From positions 62,975,754-63,039,753 of the forward strand of contig NC_069372.1 of NCBI RefSeq assembly GCF_021730395.1: 64,000 nt of DNA, read 5' to 3'. Position 1 is the first letter of the stretch, and every line of letters begins with the position of its first letter. The notes beneath the pieces are model-generated. The model saw only the letters and a list, made by a program, of their open reading frames with translations, made no database searches and was not told the origin of the DNA. This DNA is from Mercenaria mercenaria. Lineage: Eukaryota. The position numbers and the translations under genes were made by a program. Positions 38,389 through 51,470 of the stretch are shown here, one piece after another.

Positions 38389-38493
38389 CTTATTGTTTTC
38401 AACAAGAGCATTCTGTGCATACAGTCTGTACTTGAACTTGCAGTTGAGTCTGGTTGACACATGTACTTCTAATGCTTCTAACTTCTTGGACTC
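38389..38493 (-). CDS. PARP4: Candidate PARP4 exon (ESKKLEALEVHVSTRLNCKFKYRLYAQNALVENNK)
   Basis: 105-nt open frame bounded by acceptor ttacacag| and donor AATAAG|gtacca. Homology is weak, so this rests on splice signals only. Confidence 0.3.
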
Positions 38494-39195
38494 CTGTGTA
38501 ATGAACAGATAGTACTTTCACAACTCTTTTTATAAATATAAACTTCAGACAATAAAATGATCATGCCATTACATTTTAGCAATGCACTGAAAATCATACA
38601 CCATGGAAAAATTCCTCTACATCTATATAGTCTATATAGAGCACTTTGATGAATTTACTCCTAACAAGGCAATAAGCTGTTTCAATAAATTTCATAAAAT
38701 CTAGAAAAGGAACAAATTTGCATTTAATATTCTGTTAAAAGTCACATATTAATGTTAAGCTGCAATGAAAATTTTTCTGAAAGATCTAAAATAAGGCCAA
38801 GTTGTAACAAAAAGAAAACAATGGGGACATTATGGCCCTAGATCACTACTCTTGCCAATAATGCTAAGTTGTAGCAAAAAAAATGAAAAGAGCAACATGA
38901 CTGTGACTGGCTGTTTCCTTGTGACTTCGCGTTTCATGGTTGACAAATGCTTATATGCTTTTTAAGGAAAGTGCAACTAACGTTTCATCACCTCATCTTA
39001 TTATCACAAGAACTTTGAGATTTTGATCTATGTTCTTATACGAGGCTCAGATCTAATTTATCTATAGATTTATGGTTATTAAAAATGTTTAAATACATGC
39101 CGAGTCGTTCAGAAACAAGAAACAGTATTAAAACATCTACAACAAGAGTTACCAGTATACATAAAGCATTAAACTGAATTATTCCCCCAACTTAC

Positions 39196-39516
39196 TTCAT
39201 TGATAAGTAAAGCCCATTTTGGCAGTTCAAATGCATTTTCATCAAATTCTGGAGCATTTACATCTCCAAATAACCAGCTCGGATGACTGGTCAGGTTTAC
39301 TGTAACAATCTTTTTCTTGACATGTTTACGATTTCTTTCTCCAAGAGATGCTGTAAAATAAAATTTAGCATTACTTATAAATAATATTTCAAGTTTTAAA
39401 CTTACATAATCAAATATATTGATCTTTTCTGAAAGTGTATCACGGCTTTGCATAACATGTACTGCATTGGCTGCTGGAGCATACCAGCATTTCTGCTGAC
39501 TCAGACAATTTAATCT
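39196..39516 (-). CDS. PARP4: Candidate PARP4 exon (RLNCLSQQKCWYAPAANAVHVMQ...VTVNLTSHPSWLFGDVNAPEFDENAFELPKWALLINE)
   Basis: Continuous 107-codon minus-strand frame with acceptor gttacag| and donor GAA|gtaagt. Loosely similar to PARP4 'VVVELQCSRDSRDCPFLISSHFLL'. Confidence 0.4.
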
Positions 39517-39649
39517 CTGTAACAACAAGTGGGAGAACATCTGCTCACATCAATAATTTTTCATGTACACATTATACTCATAGTATAATCACTGGATTAG
39601 TTTTTTGTTTGTTTTTGTTTTTGTTTGATTCAGAGTCACGCTGACATAT

Positions 39650-39925
39650 GATATTATAATTTGGTTCCAACGTGACAGTTTCGCCTTTTGACGGTGGAGA
39701 AAGACCCCAGCTGCCGCTTCCAGTATTATTTAATCACAGACAGGCACCTGGGTAGAACCACCAACTGTCCATAAGCCAGCTGATGGTTTCCTAGCATGAA
39801 GAACCCTACACTTCAAATGAGGTTTCGAACCCACATCAGCAGGTGGAGGGGGGTGAAGGGGAAGTCAGCAATCTGAACCACCTGGCTATGGAGGTCCCCT
39901 AACTAGCTCAATAGCTAGAGCATAA
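39650..39925 (-). mobile_element. Dispersed copy of the same SINE family (head gctctagctattgagctagtt...gggttcgaaacc) in a PARP4 intron
   Basis: The reverse complement shares the 'gctattgagctag' head and a B-box with the 19.6 kb units. Confidence 0.5.
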
Positions 39926-40354
39926 GACTACGAATCGATCAATCACAAGTCAGTTTCCCAGGCACAGCTTATGTTTTTCATGATGATCTGACAGAAGATA
40001 CCGTGCCTGCAGACATTTGTCCATAGAGTCAAATTCATGTTGGGAAGCTGTCAGTTACTTATTAAGACTAAGTCAGAATCCTGGTTAACTGACCAGTTTT
40101 ACATAGCTGAAATACTATTGAAAAACAAAACTAATCCCCATGCAATCAATCACCTCATCCTGTGACTAGATTTTTCTAAAGGTTTAAACTGGAAGAAATT
40201 TAAATAACTTCTCATACACCAGATGAGTACAGTCAAACTTGCCTCTTAGCAGCAACCTGTACTCAGCAGCCACTTGCCTTAAGCAGCCACTTAGCTGACT
40301 TTCTTGATTGACATTTAGTTCTAATTTCCACCTGACTTCAGCAGCCATACTCTA

Positions 40355-40626
40355 TCACTCGCTTGGCTGGCTGCTTAATACAAGTTTGACTGTACTCCAA
40401 TACTTACCTTTGATTTGATACTTACTCTGTATTTTCCCTTTCCCAAATTCCTGGTTACTATTTATGTCTGACAATCTGTAATTTTCTGTATCCAACAGTC
40501 TATTCTTAGTAACACACTGTTGCACATATTTTGGGCTCACCACAGGAATGTTATATCTGCTACACTGCCTCAATTTGAATGACACAATGCTGCCTTTCTT
40601 GTTGAAAACAACAAAAAAGGATGCCT
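40355..40626 (-). CDS. PARP4: PARP4-like exon, end of N-terminal BRCT-like region (...SPKYVQQCVTKNRLLDTENYRL...)
   Basis: Aligns to PARP4 'NPDFIWKSIREKRLLDVKNYDPYK'. Acceptor ctttttcag| at ~40627. The 3' donor and the true first exon are unresolved. Confidence 0.45.
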
Positions 40627-43600
40627 GAAAAAGATGGCTGTACCACATGAATAATGCTTAAGAAATGCATTGCTGTTTTGCAGTTTCTGTTTGAATATGG
40701 AATATGTAGGCCAAATACAGTCATGCCTTTATAAAATTAATGTATAACTTATCTCTCTTTTAAGTTCTGGAAGAAAGGGCCTTACTTGAATACTGCAACA
40801 TTATCAGATTTATACAAAAGTTATTTAAAACTACACTATGTATTTTTACCACCTCGGTATGCAATAATTAGTTTCCAGTCTGAAAATGACATCATCAATA
40901 GGCAAAAAGTACGAAAAAATCTTCTTAGTCAACATGCAGATTTTTTCTTCATAATAAGGGCCGTTAATAGGTCCCTTCCCCTCAGAAAATTTCTTTTAAA
41001 TCATGCAGTTTTCCCCAAAAATTAACTTTACATCAGGATTTTAATTTCCCTTTGCCCAAATACCGAGTAATTTTTTCCCCAACTCACAGGCCTGGGCCTC
41101 TCCCCTTCCTGGTAAAAAAACCCTGACATGTCATTGGATAATTGGAACAAATACTTCCTGGACAGCTAGATTTATGGATGTTACGAGCACTTAATAGTTC
41201 GAATTATTAAAGTAAATGTCTCATGACATTGTGTTTTTTTTTTTAATTTTCAACAAATACAAGAAATACTTTAGATATTTCCTTGAAAATGTGCACAAAC
41301 TGATCATGGTTTCATGTGTGATTGTCTTGTGGTTTTTAATTTTAATACTGACACAGTTTACTTCATTTCATAGATGAGGAAGAATCCTGTCATTTTTCAC
41401 ACTACATTGTAAAGAAGGCACCTTGGTAGAACTACTGACTCTCCCAGGCCTCCTTGTTCTAGCAGTGAAATAGGGTAATGATTTAAGATAGTCACATTTG
41501 CTATCATGATGGTTGACCATGAAGTTCCTATATAACATTGACAATTACCACCCTCAACATGAACTACAGTACCTATTTCTTCTTTCAATAATAACAGTTT
41601 TACATTTAGACATCGATTATAATTACCTTTTTAGTGAGAATATATGATATGACGCCACCATTGTCTGTGATTGTCTTTCTCCATTTACATTTTTCTTTGT
41701 ATGATGTGGTCGCCTCAAACTCCACCACTACTGTGCAGTTAGTAAACACCTTCATTCTGTGCTAGGTCTCCTCATACCATTCAGGGTTGTGGATTCTTGC
41801 AAAGTTTTATCAACCTGTAAAAGACATAAAATTCTAAACAAAACTAGACCTGTGTTCATAGGACACAGGTGCCCCTCCACTCAGTCACTGTACATGGTTT
41901 CATGACTCTACTAAGGTGTAACATTTTTTAAGATGTTTGCATAACAAAATTTTACAACTTTATGAATATTGTTCACTAAGGGAAGGACCATCATTCTCGT
42001 CTAGCTGCATGAGGTCCCAAAGAGAACACCAGGTGCACAACTTCACATGATATAAACCGTAATAGAAACGTAACTCTATAGTCTGGTTGAGTGAAATCCC
42101 AGACAGAACACAAGATGTGCAACTACACATGCTACATGTATATAACAATACTCCTATTATTTAAGACTACAAACAGAATGAAATTCATTATAATATTAGA
42201 TTATTTTGTTGTAATCAGTTTACAGTTAGTTCGCCGGTTCCGACGTTTCGTCGGTTTCGAAGTATTCGGAATTAATATCAAGTAAACAATAAGATATCAA
42301 TGATCAAACTATTGCTTTATTATTCTCCATTAACAAGTAACTATTCCTAGAAATTTCATCTCCCGGAGTTGTTTTAAAGTTAAAAAAATATGAATTATAT
42401 TGCGCCAAACCGGTGTAAATTGACGGTGTCCAAGTGACGCGTTTTGAGAGTAAATTTTACACGAAGCTGTTATTTTTTTGTAAGAAACAAATTCCATTTC
42501 ATTTTTTATCAGATTGTACTTCTATTTTGTCTGTATTTAACACAGAAAAAAAATCTTCAGAAGTTACTAAACATGTGTATTTTTCAAATGTAACTCTTTC
42601 CTCCAGTTTCGACGGATGTGTTGATGAAATGCCATATGGAAGAGGTATCCAGAGGGGGGAACCAAAAAACAGCTGATTCCATTATTCTCTGGAAAGCATA
42701 TGTTACAAACATTAACTTGCCTTCTTGAATTAAATTCTAATGAGCCAGTCTGCTTTCAAGCTTGTCTGTTTGTCTGTCTGTCTCACTCTGTCTGTCTGTC
42801 TGTCTGTGCATTATTAACAAATGTTAAAATTGTAATATGGCCTGACATATATTTGCTACTATAGGCATTTTAACACATTTTGTAATATGTTTGGTTTCTT
42901 TTAGATATGTCATGTCCATGCAACAGAACCCCTCCCCCTATAAAACTGCATCATAAAGTATGAGACTGGTCTGCACAGAGTATTATTATTAAAGCTGCAC
43001 AAAAGAATGTATTGAAAGTGGTAAAGTAAATCATATTGGAAGGCTGTCAGTATTCATTTTAAAGCCATATCTGAATAAATCTTATGATGGTAATTTTGTA
43101 ACTATAGCATCCAAGGATATAGACTTCCATGAGCTGAGATTTCTGAGAAGAAGACTAGGTCTAAATGATGAAGTACCAGTAGAAAATATAAATTGTCAAG
43201 GACCTGTATTTCAATGTATTCTTGAAAGAAAGAAAAAATGACATTATTTGTTACATGTTATTTCTCCATTTGATATCTTACCATATAGGGTTTTCAATTT
43301 AGATTGTGTTATTTCCATTTGTGATAACATTCTAGCCAAGGTTTGTTTCATACTACATTTTTCATGCTATATAATTAATATCAACTTTGCTTTAAGTAAA
43401 TGACACTGTCAAGGGTAGAATTTTAAAACATGTTTTGCCGTCAATGATATGTATGCATGAAATAAAGGCATACACGTATAAAACGGTGGTATTTATTCTT
43501 GAAATACATTAAACATTGCATCCTCATGCAGATTCCAAAGACAGCAGATAAAGCCATCTTCATAGCCCCCATGTTCATGAGTATCTGGTTTAATAACATA

Positions 43601-46600
43601 CTTCCATTGGCATTTCATATAGACCATGGACGGAAGCTCTGGTATGACTAGTGTTACTCATTTGACCTTTTCACTGATAAAGCCACCATATTGTTTTATA
43701 TTAAAATTCACATTTGAACTGACAAACAGGAATTTAAATGTTTAAAATTTTAAAATTCAGCTGACAGTCTTTATTGAGCTTGGCCTTCCATGCATGTTTG
43801 ATGTGAACCTTTCAATAGCTGGCACCCATACCAAAACAGCATTATCTTCATACATATCTGTTTTAGATATATTAAACTATATGTTTCTTCTGCAATTTTC
43901 AGGGTCGGAGCGAATAAATAAAATCTATTTAAACTACGAACCTCTCAGAAGAGGTTTCTTTTGTTTGTTTGTATTTACGTTTATTTATAGTCGCCATCGG
44001 TAATCCATACGGGCGAAAGACTATAAGTGTTTTTAATGGGAGGATAGTGTAAGATACAGAAGACGCCCCGATTCAAGAAGCTTCCCTGGTTCTTAAGTGT
44101 ACCAGGTGTAAATCACCATGGCACAGGACTCTGGTAATTTTCAATTGAAGAAGCAGGGATCGTACTCACGACCCCAGGTGTCGTAGTCAAACACTGTGTT
44201 ACTGGGCCACTGCGTCCGCTCTTACAGTTGAGGCTATCGCCGCAAATGCTAAAGTATAGAACCTCAGTCCTGGAAGGCAACCACTGACTAATAGGAGAGA
44301 CTATAGGTTCTTTCATTTACATGTACATTTACATATTCCTAATGCTGTTCTCATTTGACTCGTTGTAGAACAGAATGTATTTTAAGTGTATCGTCCCCTA
44401 CTCCCACAAAAAAAACAACAAAAAAACATAGTATACATTCGATTGAGAAGAACGAAATGATAAAGAAAAAAGCAGCTACTTCCAAAAGCAACAGTTTATA
44501 TATCGAAGCTCCTGAAATAAAAAAGTCGTACTTTTGAGAACACTGAAAGAAGAAGAAGAAGAAAAAGAAGAAGAAAAAAATGAAGAAAAAAAAGAAAAAA
44601 CTTTTTTTCAGATTTCTTACTGACGCTGATGACATAGATCTATACTGTTGTAAACGCAAAGCGAAAGCTTTTACATACTGACAGGGCCGGTGGATAATAT
44701 TTGAGAAATTGTCAGTATACGCCTTTTTACAGTCGTCAATAACGAAATGTCGTATGTGCTGTCTATTTGCTTATAATAATTATTGTTGTATCCAAAATTT
44801 TATAATATGCAATCTTAAAATGTTCCATATATGCCAAATATGGCATTTTTCTTCAGTTGATATTTCAAAAACTGGCCAAAAAAATGGGGCGTAAGTAACA
44901 GGTACGACTAAATGTTATTAACAAAATGCCATTTTTGGCTTAATAAATAGGGGTCACGCAATTATAATTTTATGTTCAGGTTGCAGATTCGAAAATGAAG
45001 GCCGTATCTTGGGACCGTTAGTATATGCATGAAAATGTGTAATTAGTAACTGACAAATATTTGTTATAATATCATGCTCCCTTTCACCAATCATAGTTTA
45101 AAATCAGACAGACAGACAGCTAGACAATTTTATTCACGTAAACTATACATGTATACATATGAATATTTGTCAACAAGAAGACATGTAATGCGGGCAGTTT
45201 TAACAATAAGTAAATAGACGGAGGGTGAATAAAAGACATAATGTATATAAGACCCATGTTCTAAAAAATGTTTTTGAGTGATCATTAATAAACTGAGAAT
45301 GTATGATGTCAAGTACAGTACTACAATAAACTTGATCTTAAGGATGATGCATAGTAAATAAACTTTGCTAAGTTGAGCATTATTCTATTCTTATCACATT
45401 TAAGGAGGTCAACGTATAAATTTTTGAACACTTGGTCTAAGGTTCTCAACCTGGTTTCTTTCCATCTTTTGGTTTAGCAGGACATATACCACCCAATTTT
45501 ATATCAACCAGCATTTCCCAGTTTCCCCACCCAGCCGGATACCCAATCTGACAATATGCTTGAACTGATCCATGAAATGAACTCCAGACTAAAATCTATA
45601 GAACATAATGTTACAAAAATAGGTCCAACGGAAAAAGATTTAGCTTACCTCAAGACTCAAATGTGTGGGATCCAAGATTCAAATATTTTATTGTCCAGAA
45701 AGGTTTCCGAGATAGAGAAATCATGCCAATTCAATAGTTAGTTGTTTGACAGTGTAACAGGTCAGATTTACGCTTAAAATATTTTCTCTAACTTCTTGTT
45801 TCACTTGTTGTTGTAATTCATGGGCGCCGCCATATTGTCTTCTTCGCCGAATGTATTTTACTACGGATCATTTCATTGGTTTATAAATTGTTTCAAGTGT
45901 TTTCATTGGTTTATGTTAGGTCCAATTATAAATTGTTTATGCATGTCATGTTACTATGATCGGGAAATTCCATTTATATACCCGTGCATAGTATTTTGTT
46001 AGTTAGATATCTGTACCGGGCAACCGGTATGTCACAGAAGCCTAAGAGCTCCATTTGTTTAATTGAGATCATTCTCACATAATACTTGCTGATAGCAAAT
46101 AGATCTCTAAAATTAAAACACTGAATTATTTCTCTTCTTCCCTTTAGACTTTGATTAATAATTAAAATTCTACTTTCATTCTTTAAGTTTCTTTGTTTAT
46201 TTAAATTTAAATAAATTCTGAATAAATATAGATTTGTATAGATTAATTCTATAAATAAAATTGTAGCACTAAGTTGTTGACTCTTGTCTTCATTGTAGTG
46301 TAGAGAAATTCCCTAGAAATATATCGGCCATATAGATTTATAAATCTGGGGTGACTAACTCAAAGGTCGTAACGTCACCTTTTCTTGCTCGTAGGGATTT
46401 TTTTGATTACCTCAATCTTCTCGTAAGATAAGAGATACCTTAAGTAATGCCGTAAAAGAATTGGTGCCTTATCTATAGGCCTATCGTAAATAGATAGAAA
46501 ATTGAAGAAATTAAGTTTTGTTAAACTTTCGGATTATTTTTTCATTTATAATCTAGCTTTTCTCATCCCTGTTGTTTTTTTAAATCGATATAGAGGTAAT

Positions 46601-47546
46601 TTCCTAAAAAATCTCCTTCCTTTTTTCGTCTGCCTGCAAGGCAACTATCATTTCAAACTATGATTTAGACACGTTAGTAAAGAAATTTTAGTAATCTTCA
46701 AAAGATTTACCAGGATTAAGTTTCACGTCAAATTCTTCGACTTAAATTACTCAAATTTAGAATTTAAACCAACAACAGCAAAACTCATTCGGTCAGATGT
46801 GATGAACTTGGAACTGATACGGGAACTGGAAAGCGGCACTTATCTTATCTTATGCTGTCGTCCAACCGAAGCGTATGCCGTAGGTTATTCTGCTATTACT
46901 CACACACTTACGCCGTACAGTTTAACTCGTCCTTCAGTGAAAATTTGGGAAAACATTCGTATTAGACCTTCCTGGTTGAACCTAATGATAAATTCTTGTT
47001 ACAAGGTATGCTTTGAGTTATCGAAATAGCGTTACCTTAGTGTTACCTTAACACTGTCGTAAATAACCTCGTAAATTCAGCGATATCGCGAGTTTCGAGT
47101 TAGCCACCCCAGTTCTAGACCACATACGATCATCCATATTAGAATTTTACTTAAAGATCTATTCCTCAGCTGAGGTTCGAGCCGGTCTAACTAGAGCCTG
47201 GTACATTGGTGCCGTGACCAATTGACTAGTAATACAGCCGACCAATTAGCTGGTGTAGAATAAATACAAATTTGCTAGTAGAAATATAACGTAACCTTTT
47301 CATTTTTCTGCGATTTTAATAATTTCGGTTTATAAACTCTACATACAGGACAGAGTCGTACAACTTTAAATTATCAAATAAAATTATATAAATAAGGGAA
47401 ATCAGTGCTACAATGACTACTACTATAATAAATAAATAGTCTATCTGTTAAATTTGTATAAAATACATGTACGCTTAAATAAAGTGTATCAAGAAGATAA
47501 ATTATAATTAGGTTGTACAGTGCATGTATAAAGTAGGGTAAAGTTA

Positions 47547-48290
47547 TTGTGTATTAGTATGGCAGAACAAAGCACATCGTTTCATACCGACGGTATCGGT
47601 TATACAAATGTAGATAGTCATATGTATGCTAGTGCGTGCACGAGTTCTGTGTTTTTACCAAGGAGTGAGAGTTGTCCACATACTTGTGTGTTTTCGCCTA
47701 TTAGACGACCTGAAGGTATCGTAACTTCTCATGTAAATTCTCCAAGAATTGACTTTGATGAAACATATTATGAATTACCTGCTAGATTACCGAATATAAA
47801 TTATGCTGGTTCATATATAGAAGAACCCATTGCAAGTGACACAACTAGGTTGTATCGAAGCAGAAAACATGGCGTTACTTTTTGAATTAGGGCATCAACA
47901 AACACAAGGCAGCATTGAAAGTCGTTCTACCTCTCGACCTGTTAGTACTTATTTAAATAGTCAAACGTTGCTACATAGCAGTAAAGAACCAAAAGTCAGG
48001 TACTATGATAGGCAAACAAGATTATTACAACCTGTTGACTGTATTGGCAATATGTCTCCGCATTATATGCCCACGATTTTGAATGAGAACCGTCAGTATA
48101 CGAATACACAAGTCAGGAACCCGGTATTCGAACCTAACAGAACACAGTTTGATTCTCTCAGAACAAATAGATATACAGCACCGATAACTGTAGATACAAG
48201 ACAGACACCTCTATCCCATCCCATTGCACAAACAAACACGTTTGTACCTACATGTATGGCGTACCATTTGGGTCGAAAGTTTCCAGGTAC
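47547..48290 (+). pseudogene. gag N-terminal region (Asn/Thr/Gln-rich), interrupted
   Basis: ORFs 47547-47885 and 47830-48387 are overlapping, frameshifted, low-complexity polypeptide continuous with the gag region. Confidence 0.4.
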
Positions 48291-50160
48291 CACGGGTATA
48301 AACTGGAAATGTACCCGCGGGTATAAAAATTGTTCCCGAGGGTACAATTTTATACATGCAGGTATAATTTTACACCCGCAGGTATGAAAATTGTACCCGC
48401 GGGTATAATTTTACAAAATTATACCCGCGGGTATAAAATTATACCTGCAGGTATAAAATTGTAAGTAGGTACACCATAGGTATAATTTTATACCCGCAGG
48501 AATACTTTTTATACCCGCATGTACAATTTTATACCCGCAGGTATAAAATTATACCCGCGGGTATAAAAGTGTACCCGAGGGTATAAAAATTATACCAGCA
48601 GGTATAAAAACTATACCCGCAGGTATAAAAATTGTACCCGACGGTACAAAAATTATACCTACGGGTATAAAATTATACCCGCAGGTATAGAAATTATACC
48701 CGCGGGTATAAAAATTATACCTGCGGATACAATTTTATACCCGCGGGTATAAAATTGTACTCACGGGTATAAAAGTATACCTGCTGGTATAAAATAATAC
48801 CCGCGGGTACAATTTTATACCCGCGGGTATAAAAGTGTACCCGTGGGTACAAAAATTATACCCGCGGGTATAAAAATTGTATCTGCAGGTATAATTTTAT
48901 ACCCGTAGGTATAATTTTATACCCGCAGGTATACTTTTATACCCGTGGGTACAATTTTATATCCGCAGGTGTAAAATTATACCCGCGGGTATAAAAGTGC
49001 ACCAGAGGGTATAAAAAGTATACCCGCGGGTATAAAAATTATACATACGGGTATAAAATTGTACCCGAGGGTATAGAAATAATACCCGCGGGTATAAAAA
49101 TTATACCTGCGGGTATAATTTTGTACCCACGGGTACACTTTTGAACCCGCGGGTATAAAATTGTACGCGCGGGTATAAAAGTATATCTGCGGGTATAAAA
49201 TTATACCTACGGGTATAAAATTATACCTGCAGGTACAATTTTTATACCCGCGGGTATAGTTTTTGTACCCGCGGGTACACTTTTATACCCGCGGGTATAA
49301 TTTTATACCTGCGGGTATAAAAGTGTACCCGCAGGTACAAAAATTATATATAGAAATTATACCCGCGGGTATAAAAATTGTATCTGCAGGTATAATTTTA
49401 TACCCGTAGGTATAATTTTATACCCGCAGGTATACTTTTATACCCGTGGGTACAATTTTATACCCGCAGGTGTAAAATTATACCCGCGGGTACAATTTTA
49501 TACCCACGGGTATAAAAGTGCACCAGAGGGTATAATTTTTGTACCCGCGGGTACACTTTTATACCCGCGGGTATAATTTTATACCTGCGGGTATAAAAGT
49601 GTACCCGCAGGTACAAAAATTATATATAAAAACTATACACGCGTGTATAAAAATTGTACCTGCAGGTATAATTTTATACCCGCGGGTATAATGGTACAAA
49701 ATTATACCCGCGGGGATATTTTGTATACCCTCAGGTATAATTTTTATACCCGCGAGTATAATTTTGTACCTGCGTGTACAATTTTATACCTGCGGGTACA
49801 AAATTATACCTGCGGGTATAAAATTGTACCCGCGGGTATAAAAGTATACCTGCGGGTATAAAAATTATACCTACGAGTATAAAATTATACCTACTGGTGT
49901 ACAATTATACCCGCAGGTACAATTTTTATACCCGTAGGTATAATTTTTATACCTGCGGGTATAAGTTTGTACCTGCGGGTATAATTTTATACCTGCGGGT
50001 GTAAAATTATACCCGCGGGTATAAAAATTATACCTACGGGTATAAAATTATACCCGCGAGTACATTTCCAATTTATACCCGCAGGTATAAATTTATACCT
50101 GCAGGTATAATTTTATTACTACCTGTGGTACCTGGAAACTTTCGACCCAAATGGTACGCC
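48258..50160. mobile_element. Foldback/MITE-like insertion: perfect 36-bp terminal inverted repeats enclosing ~1.8 kb of a 22-bp palindromic minisatellite (gtatacccgcgggtataaaatt)n
   Basis: Left IR ggcgtaccatttgggtcgaaagtttccaggtaccac (48258-48293) is the exact reverse complement of the right IR (50125-50160). The interior holds ~80 units, each with an ACCCGCGGGT palindrome. Confidence 0.8.
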
Positions 50161-50192
50161 ATATTCATGTGTGCAGACAGGTAGCTCTGTGA

Positions 50193-51074
50193 ATGACCTG
50201 TATATGCCCAATGATCGGAGTTTATGCTCAGACAGATCCTTCTTTACACGATAGGATAGGAAATACAGTGTACAATGTTGGTAATTTTCAGCCTACTAAA
50301 CATACAATGTTTGATGACAGTATGCAAAATACAGTTTATCCGCAGTCAAACTATAATACTCCCCAGAAAACTAAGGAAATTAAGCCAGATAAGTTTGATG
50401 GTACCTCTAGTGAATGGCCAGATTATATTGTTCATTTTGAGCAGGTAGCTAGCTGGAATACTTGGAACGAAAGGCAAAAGGCGTGTATGTTGTCTATAAA
50501 CCTTAGGGGTGAGGCACAAAGGCTTTTATCTACATTAAACCCGAACAAATGACAAACTACCTTGAAATTAAGAAAGTACTGACTCAAAGATTTTCCCCGC
50601 ATGAGAGAGAATTAGCTTTCAGGTGTGAATTTCGAACTAGGAAAAGACTAAAGGGTGAGTCTGTTTCCGATTACGGATATGTATTACGTAAGCTCGGACA
50701 AAAAGCTTTTCCGTCTATGCCTAGTACTGCGCTAGAAACATGTATAATTGATCAGTATATCCACGGATTAGGCAATTTTGATTTACAAAAACATGTTCAG
50801 TTTTTACATCATGACTCGTTAGATAAGGCAATAAGTGCAGCCGTTGAGTATTGTGCTTTACAGGGTTTCGAAGCCTGATAACACTGAAGTCAGGGAGACA
50901 ACTCCATCATCCTTGTTAGAAAAAGATCAAGTTGCGTCCCTTAGATCGAAAAAACTTAAACCGGATTGCAGTTTAGATGATTTACAAAAGATGTTATCCT
51001 CTCTGCTTGATCAAAAATTGACTGAAAAATTGTCGCATATACAGAGTAACGCTCATAAACGTATTCTAGCATAA
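50193..51074 (+). pseudogene. gag capsid-like core, three frameshifted ORFs
   Basis: See the element call above; ORFs 50193-50552, 50549-50878 and 50835-51074 lie in different frames. Confidence 0.55.
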
Positions 51075-51363
51075 AACTGCTGTTCTTGTCACTTTTTGGG
51101 GGTGTTTTAACAGGAGAGAAAACGTGTGTTAACAGAGAGATTCTCGCGCTCACGTGCTGTTATAACACCTTTTTATATATGCGCGTTCCGTGGCAGAGCG
51201 TTAACGCATTACGGCCCCAAAACGGATAATTCAAATTGAAATGACGTCAACGTGAAAAAACAACTCGGATATTCCCGCGCATTTCATGGAAATTTAATGA
51301 CGTTGAGGGATAATGTATTCATTTTTTCACGTTTTATGCTAGAATAGCGTTAGCGCATGTTAT

Positions 51364-51470
51364 TTTCGTGTTATAACATCTTCAGAATCCCTCGGGATAC
51401 GTTGGTACCATCGCCCTACGGGCTCGGGCACCAACCAATCCCTCGGGATTCTGCAGACGTTATAACACGA
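51364..51470. repeat. ~105-bp hairpin (cgtgttataacatcttcagaatccctcgggat...atccctcgggattctgcagacgttataacacg) inside the gag region
   Basis: Inverted repeat read directly; the 'gttataacac' motif also occurs at ~51140. Confidence 0.6.

Noticed and set aside
39351-39405. Possible small GTAAGT...AG intron splitting the 39169-39540 ORF
   Set aside because: The 55-nt interval is not a multiple of 3, so splicing would break the frame. The full ORF is continuous and phase-compatible (0/0) with the downstream exon.
40741-40790. Candidate PARP4 first coding exon ending at the GTAAGG donor ~40787
   Set aside because: Its phase (1) is incompatible with the phase-0 acceptor of the 40626 exon, so the true 5' exon remains unidentified.
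44351-44659. 102-aa ORF rich in poly-Phe
   Set aside because: It is the reverse reading of a (GAA)n/(A)n microsatellite.
48290-50125. Highly regular short repeats that superficially resemble a CRISPR array
   Set aside because: Units are contiguous with no unique spacers, the sequence is eukaryotic, and the array is a self-complementary minisatellite inside TIRs (a foldback element).
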